Below are positions 58,670-64,000 of a DNA stretch of 64,000 nt, one piece after another; within the stretch, counting starts at the first letter, position 1; the number at the start of each line of letters is the position of its first letter. Below the pieces are notes generated by a model that saw only the letters and a list, made by a program, of their open reading frames with translations, was not told the origin of the DNA and made no database searches. The position numbers were made by a program, and so were the translations under genes. Location of the stretch: the sequence record SRR20825010_130; one strand, given 5' to 3'.

Positions 58670-61600
58670 ATGAAGGTATCAACAGGCAAACCGTTCCAAT
58701 TAATCTATTCGCTTTTTCAGCACGAATACTTAGGCTATCTATTCGAATCCTTTGTAATTCAGTTGGATGACAAAGGGCGCTTAACTCTGCAACACCAAAA
58801 CATATCTTCAAAAAACGCGAAAGAATTTGGTGCCAAAATGGACGACCGAGACTTTGAGCTGATAAAGCTCATGGATCAAATGCAACAAGAAGCCATCACG
58901 CTTAAGTTCTACAAGAAAAAAATCAAACCCGCTGATTTCTTTTTCAAAGTATATGACAAAGAAAAAGGCGATGTAGAATTACAAAACACCATTGACCACT
59001 ACCTAGAGGTAAGGCGTTCGAGAATTCTCGATCTTATGGAAGGTAAAATGATTTTTGAAATGGGACGTGATGGTGAGCCTGCTTGGAGACAAATTCACTG
59101 GATGGAACAAAAAGCCAGCGTCCTTTTTCACTTCCGAAGAAATGAGGACAACACCCACTATTTCCCTACCATTAAACACAATGGTGAAAGATTAGAGTGG
59201 CAGTACAACGGTTCATTTCTCATCTGTAATCAGCCTGCTTGGTTGGTGGTAAACGATCAACTTTTCCGCTTCGAAAAAGGAGTGGACGGACCAAAGTTGA
59301 AACCCTTTCTCAATAAGAAGTTTGTTGTAATTCCTAGAAAAGTGGAAGCCACTTACTACGAGAAATTTGTTAGTAATTTGGTGGCTTCTTTCGATGTATA
59401 TGCCAAGGGTTTTGACATTAATACTGAAAGGCATGACCTGATTCCAGAAATTACCTTTTCCGAATTATCAACGGCTCAATCGGCAACTCCAGACCTTTTT
59501 GGATCAAGTAAAAGCAATGGAAAAGGGGATCCAGAACCTGCCAAATTGCTATTTAAAATTGGCTTTAAATATGGCCCATACACATTTCCATATGATGTAA
59601 ATGCCACTTCATCCGTGAAGTTAGAGCGTAAGGGAGAGGAATATATTTTCCATAAAGTAAAGCGAAATCTAGATGCTGAATTATGGATCATTAATAGATT
59701 GAGCGAGAAAGGTTTGGTGCTGAAAAATGGACGCCAGACCCTGACCCGTGGGGAAGGTTTTGCCTGGCTTTCAGAGAAAAAAGAATTTATTGACAACGAA
59801 GGCATTATTGTACGTCAAAGTGAAAAAGACAGCAAACGCTATTTTGTTGGTGAAGCCCATATTGACATCAAAGTGAATGAAAACATCGACTGGTTCGATA
59901 TTCACGCCATCATAAAATTCGGAGATTTTGAAATTCCCTTTGAGAAATTAAGAAAACTTATTTCAGGCAAAAAAAGGGAGATCATACTTCCAAACGGTGA
60001 AATCGCGGTAATTCCTGACGCTTGGTTTGTCAATTACGCTGAGCTTTTCGCCTTTATGAATCATGAAGGTGCGCCAAGACTTAAAAAGCATCACCTGTCA
60101 CTTATTCAAGATTTGCAGAATGGACAGCTGGCCCAAGTCAGCATGGACAGGAAGCTTAGACAGCTGGAAAATTTTGAAGAAATTGAAGATTTCACAATTC
60201 CACCAAGCTTTATTGGGGAGTTAAGGCCTTATCAAAAAGCGGGATACAACTGGATGCGTTTTCTTTCTAGCTATAACTTTGGGGGTTGCTTGGCAGATGA
60301 CATGGGTTTGGGTAAAACGGTCCAAACCTTGGCCATGCTTCAGTCAGAAAAAGACAAGGGAAAGAAGAATGCATCGCTATTAATCATGCCTACTTCCTTA
60401 ATTTACAACTGGGAAATTGAAGCGTCCAAATTTACCCCTGACCTAAAAGTATTGGTGTATTCAGGCTCTGGAAGGGACAAAGATGTGGCAAGTTTTGAAG
60501 GCTATGATTTGGTGCTTACTTCTTATGGCATCACAAGAATAGATATTGATATTCTAAAGGGCTACTACTTTAATTATGTGATTCTCGATGAGTCGCAGGC
60601 CATCAAAAACCCATCTTCCAACATTGCCAAATCCGTCCGTAAACTGAAATCTAAATACAGACTTATCCTGACAGGAACTCCACTTGAAAACAGCACTTTG
60701 GACTTATGGTCGCAAATGAGTTTTGTCAATCCTGGGCTATTAGGTACGGAGAGCTACTTTAAAGATGAGTTTCAAATACCAATTGAAAAGAAGCAAGACC
60801 AAGAAAAAGCCAAAAGGCTGAACGTGATTATTAAGCCCTTCATTTTAAGAAGGCAAAAATCGCAAGTGGCTAAGGACTTGCCAGAAAAGGTAGAAAATGT
60901 GAAATACAGCACAATGACTGCCCAGCAAGAAGAAAAGTATGAAGAGGTGAAGTCGTATTACAGAAATAAAATTCTGGACAACATAGAAAAAACGGGGGTT
61001 AAAAAGTCCCAACTTCTGCTATTGCAAGGCCTGACACAACTCAGGCAAATTGCCAACCACCCTAGAATGACGGACCCTGAATATACCGGTGATTCCGGGA
61101 AGCTGGAAGACGTAACTTATATGATTGAATCGGCCTTGAGTAAAGGCCATAAAATCCTCATTTTTAGTCAGTTCGTAAAACATCTATCTATAGTAAAAGA
61201 GTACTTTGATAATAAGGGGTTGAGTTATGCTTATTTGGATGGAGCTACAAAAAACAGACAAGAGCAAGTAGAGCTTTTTCAAGAAGACGAGAGCATCAGG
61301 CTATTTTTGATTTCTCTAAAAGCTGGTGGTGTGGGCTTAAACCTAACCCGTGCAGATTATGTGTTCTTACTTGACCCTTGGTGGAATCCTGCAATTGAAG
61401 CCCAAGCCGTGGATAGGGCTCATAGAATCGGGCAGAAGAACATAGTGTTCACCTATAAATTTATCACCCGGAATACGGTAGAAGAAAAAATTCTGGCCCT
61501 ACAACAAAATAAAATCAAGTTGGCTTCCGATTTAATTACTACGGAAGAAAGCTTTATCAAAAAGTTAGAGGCCAGCGATATCGCAAGCCTATTGAGTTAA
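58670..61600 (+). CDS. SNF2-family helicase
   Basis: LADDMGLGKT, LDESQAIKN, LTGTPLEN, QAVDRAHRIGQ. Confidence 0.95.
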   Translation: MKVSTGKPFQLIYSLFQHEYLGYLFESFVIQLDDKGRLTLQHQNISSKNAKEFGAKMDDRDFELIKLMDQMQQEAITLKFYKKKIKPADFFFKVYDKEKGDVELQNTIDHYLEVRRSRILDLMEGKMIFEMGRDGEPAWRQIHWMEQKASVLFHFRRNEDNTHYFPTIKHNGERLEWQYNGSFLICNQPAWLVVNDQLFRFEKGVDGPKLKPFLNKKFVVIPRKVEATYYEKFVSNLVASFDVYAKGFDINTERHDLIPEITFSELSTAQSATPDLFGSSKSNGKGDPEPAKLLFKIGFKYGPYTFPYDVNATSSVKLERKGEEYIFHKVKRNLDAELWIINRLSEKGLVLKNGRQTLTRGEGFAWLSEKKEFIDNEGIIVRQSEKDSKRYFVGEAHIDIKVNENIDWFDIHAIIKFGDFEIPFEKLRKLISGKKREIILPNGEIAVIPDAWFVNYAELFAFMNHEGAPRLKKHHLSLIQDLQNGQLAQVSMDRKLRQLENFEEIEDFTIPPSFIGELRPYQKAGYNWMRFLSSYNFGGCLADDMGLGKTVQTLAMLQSEKDKGKKNASLLIMPTSLIYNWEIEASKFTPDLKVLVYSGSGRDKDVASFEGYDLVLTSYGITRIDIDILKGYYFNYVILDESQAIKNPSSNIAKSVRKLKSKYRLILTGTPLENSTLDLWSQMSFVNPGLLGTESYFKDEFQIPIEKKQDQEKAKRLNVIIKPFILRRQKSQVAKDLPEKVENVKYSTMTAQQEEKYEEVKSYYRNKILDNIEKTGVKKSQLLLLQGLTQLRQIANHPRMTDPEYTGDSGKLEDVTYMIESALSKGHKILIFSQFVKHLSIVKEYFDNKGLSYAYLDGATKNRQEQVELFQEDESIRLFLISLKAGGVGLNLTRADYVFLLDPWWNPAIEAQAVDRAHRIGQKNIVFTYKFITRNTVEEKILALQQNKIKLASDLITTEESFIKKLEASDIASLLS

Positions 61601-61825
61601 TCTGATTTGCGCCCAAAACTGGATTAATAAACCAAATATTGCTGTCTCTAATTGTACTCATTTATATTAAATACCACTATAAGAGGAACTTTACATTTTT
61701 CAACTAAAAAGTCAATCCTTAGTGCATCCTTTTTGTTCATAACCCAGTATGCATAGGAATTGACATTCCTTTTGGAATACTCTCTTCATAAGTTAGTAAA
61801 AAAAAGATGTTGATAATTCGATTGA

Positions 61826-61859
61826 AAAGCGGGCGCAGAAGGTGCCCGCTATTTTTTTA
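61826..61859 (+). terminator. Intrinsic terminator upstream of radA
   Basis: agcgggcgc-agaag-gtgcccgct-attttttt. Confidence 0.7.
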
Positions 61860-61889
61860 TACTCCCTTTCCATTTAACTTGCCCATGGT

Positions 61890-63263
61890 ATGGCGAAGAT
61901 CAAATCTGTTTACGTTTGTCAAAATTGTGGGGTCCAATCTCCCAAGTGGGTAGGCAAGTGTAATTCCTGCAATGAATGGAATACATATGTTGAAGAGCAG
62001 GTAGGAGCACCTGAAAAAGAACTCACCAATTGGAGGGAAAAGGATTCAAAATCACCTACTTCAAAACCCATTCGCCTTAACGAAATAGAGAACAATAGTG
62101 AAAAACGAATTGTCACTTATGACAAAGAACTGAACCGCGTTTTAGGGGGAGGAATCGTGCTTGGTTCATTGGTGCTTATTGGTGGCGAACCAGGTATCGG
62201 CAAATCTACTTTAATGCTCCAATTGGCCCTTTCATCTAAGCGATTAAAAGTGCTTTACGTTTCTGGAGAAGAAAGCCAACAACAAATTAAAATGCGTGCA
62301 CAGCGTATCGGCCAATCGTCTGACAACTGTTTTATTCTGGCAGAAACTTCTACCCAACATATTTTCACCCAAATCAGAGAAATTCAACCCGATATTCTTG
62401 TTATAGATTCGATCCAAACATTACATACCCCAAGAATAGAATCGGCTGCCGGAAGCGTATCACAAGTGAGAGAATGTACTGCTGAACTGCTCAAATTTGC
62501 CAAAGAAAGTAATACCCCTGTTTTTCTAGTAGGCCACATTACCAAAGAAGGAAGTCTGGCTGGCCCTAAAGTATTGGAGCATATGGTAGACACTGTGCTT
62601 CAATTTGAAGGCGACAGGCATTTGGCTTATCGAATTTTACGTACCGTTAAAAATCGATTTGGTTCTACTTCTGAATTGGGTATTTACGAAATGCAGTCTA
62701 CTGGGCTTCGCGAAGTTTCAAACCCCTCTGAAATCCTTATTAGCCAACGCGAAGCAGACTCGCCTGGTGTAGCCATTGGCGCGTCCATAGAAGGCAATCG
62801 ACCACTTTTGATTGAGATTCAGTCACTAGTAAGCACCGCTTCGTATGGAACGCCTCAAAGAAGCTCTACTGGCTTTGACGCCAAAAGACTCAACATGCTG
62901 TTGGCTGTATTGGAAAAACGTGGTGGTTTTAGGCTCAGCAGCCAAGATGTATTTTTAAACGTGGCTGGTGGAATAAAAATCGAAGAACCAGCCATAGATC
63001 TTGCCGTTTGTGCCTCTTTGGTAAGCGGCTTACACGATGCCCCAATTTCAGATAAAACTGCCTTTGCTGCCGAGGTAGGCCTGGGGGGAGAAGTGAGAGC
63101 GGTCAATAGAATTGACAACCGAATTTCTGAAGCCGAAAAACTGGGCTTTACTGAAATATTTATTTCTAAGTACAATATGAAAGGGCTCGATCAGAAAAAG
63201 TACAAAATCAAAATCAGGCCTTTCAGTAGGCTTACCGATGTTTTTGAAGAGTTGTTGGGTTAA
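61890..63263 (+). CDS. radA: DNA repair protein RadA/Sms
   Basis: N-terminal C4 zinc finger, GEPGIGKST, KNRFG. Confidence 0.97.
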   Translation: MAKIKSVYVCQNCGVQSPKWVGKCNSCNEWNTYVEEQVGAPEKELTNWREKDSKSPTSKPIRLNEIENNSEKRIVTYDKELNRVLGGGIVLGSLVLIGGEPGIGKSTLMLQLALSSKRLKVLYVSGEESQQQIKMRAQRIGQSSDNCFILAETSTQHIFTQIREIQPDILVIDSIQTLHTPRIESAAGSVSQVRECTAELLKFAKESNTPVFLVGHITKEGSLAGPKVLEHMVDTVLQFEGDRHLAYRILRTVKNRFGSTSELGIYEMQSTGLREVSNPSEILISQREADSPGVAIGASIEGNRPLLIEIQSLVSTASYGTPQRSSTGFDAKRLNMLLAVLEKRGGFRLSSQDVFLNVAGGIKIEEPAIDLAVCASLVSGLHDAPISDKTAFAAEVGLGGEVRAVNRIDNRISEAEKLGFTEIFISKYNMKGLDQKKYKIKIRPFSRLTDVFEELLG

Positions 63264-64000
63264 GTTCTAAAATCAAAACCCGCATTTCCTTGAAGACCTC
63301 CCGTATGCAAAGCCATAATTACGGTTCCTTTTTCAAAGAAATCATTCCTAATCAAATCGAAAAGGCCGTAGAACATTTTACCTGTATATATAGGTTCTAA
63401 AGGAATATTATGAGCGCGCTCAAATTCCTGAATAAAACTGATCAAATCAGGTTTTACTTTGGCATAGCCGCCAAAATGATAATTTGTTTGAATTGACCAA
63501 TTATTGAGGGTTCCAGCCCCAATTTCCTGCAGAAGCGTGTGCACTTCATCTTTCAGAAAATCTCCTTTAAGTGCCGAAAAGCCTATTACATGTTTCATTC
63601 CTTTTAAGCCAGAAATCAACCCCGATACGGTTCCACCGGTCCCTACTGGGCAAGTAATCACATCAAATTCCTGATCCATCTCGCTGATGATTTCTGTACA
63701 ACCTATAATGGCCAGTCCATTGGTTCCGCCTTCGGGCAATACATAGCATTTACCAAATTGTACTTCAAGCTGTTTTAATACTTCAGTCTCACTTTTTCTT
63801 CGGTAAGTTTCCCTATTCATGTAATGCAAATACATTCCTTGCGATTGCGCAAAGCACAATGTTGGGTTCAGTGTTTCGTGTGCTTCGCCTCGAATGACAC
63901 CAATGGTTTTAAAGCCGAAACAAGCACCCGCTCCAGCTACCGCATAAATATGATTGGAAAAGGCACCCCCAAATGTCAAGAGCGTATCATGCCCCTCCAG
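63260..64000 (-). CDS. ACC deaminase/D-cysteine desulfhydrase family PLP enzyme (5' end outside the window)
   Basis: TFGGAFSNH, LPEGGTN, LEPIYTGK, HTGGLQG. Confidence 0.9.
   Translation of the reverse strand: MEGHDTLLTFGGAFSNHIYAVAGAGACFGFKTIGVIRGEAHETLNPTLCFAQSQGMYLHYMNRETYRRKSETEVLKQLEVQFGKCYVLPEGGTNGLAIIGCTEIISEMDQEFDVITCPVGTGGTVSGLISGLKGMKHVIGFSALKGDFLKDEVHTLLQEIGAGTLNNWSIQTNYHFGGYAKVKPDLISFIQEFERAHNIPLEPIYTGKMFYGLFDLIRNDFFEKGTVIMALHTGGLQGNAGFDFRT

Noticed and set aside
58670-61600. SNF2 helicase as part of a defence system
   Set aside because: Embedded among housekeeping genes with no methylase, nuclease or PLD partner
480-63175. Numerous 60-170 aa ORFs overlapping larger genes on the opposite strand or frame
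   Set aside because: Shadow ORFs of well-supported genes with no recognisable motifs

Overview
Chromosomal window from a Bacteroidota (Cytophagales-like) bacterium, inferred from PorQ, TAnnTTTG-type promoters and gene content. The backbone is housekeeping: a glycosyltransferase trio, methylmalonyl-CoA mutase, dnaA, HtrA, GH3, dxr, rseP, OmpA/PD40, lon, porQ, hslU, argH, a cobalamin-riboswitch B12 uptake operon with two DUF71/Dph6-like genes, FKBP, an ECF sigma/anti-sigma pair, glyA, tatC, rpiB, rbfA, an SNF2 helicase and radA. Two AT-rich accessory islands sit between convergent core genes. Island 1 (about 5.3-10.6 kb) is an integron-like gene-cassette array with no integrase in the window. 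Each gene is followed by a 117-131 bp attC-like hairpin whose first core (..AAC) is complementary to the GTT core that starts the same cassette. Its cargo is a 1146-aa REase-STAND-helicase-associated-repeat protein and an Abi_2/AbiF-like HEPN gene with a divergent candidate small RNA. Island 2 (about 22.6-28.55 kb) carries four nuclease-type genes, the first two followed by decayed attC-like sites. It also holds TA modules, a truncated rhuM, and three copies of a REP-like hairpin that fall at gene-end or truncation junctions. No rRNA, tRNA, CRISPR array, transposase or integrase was recognised. All calls are by eye; no database searches were run.
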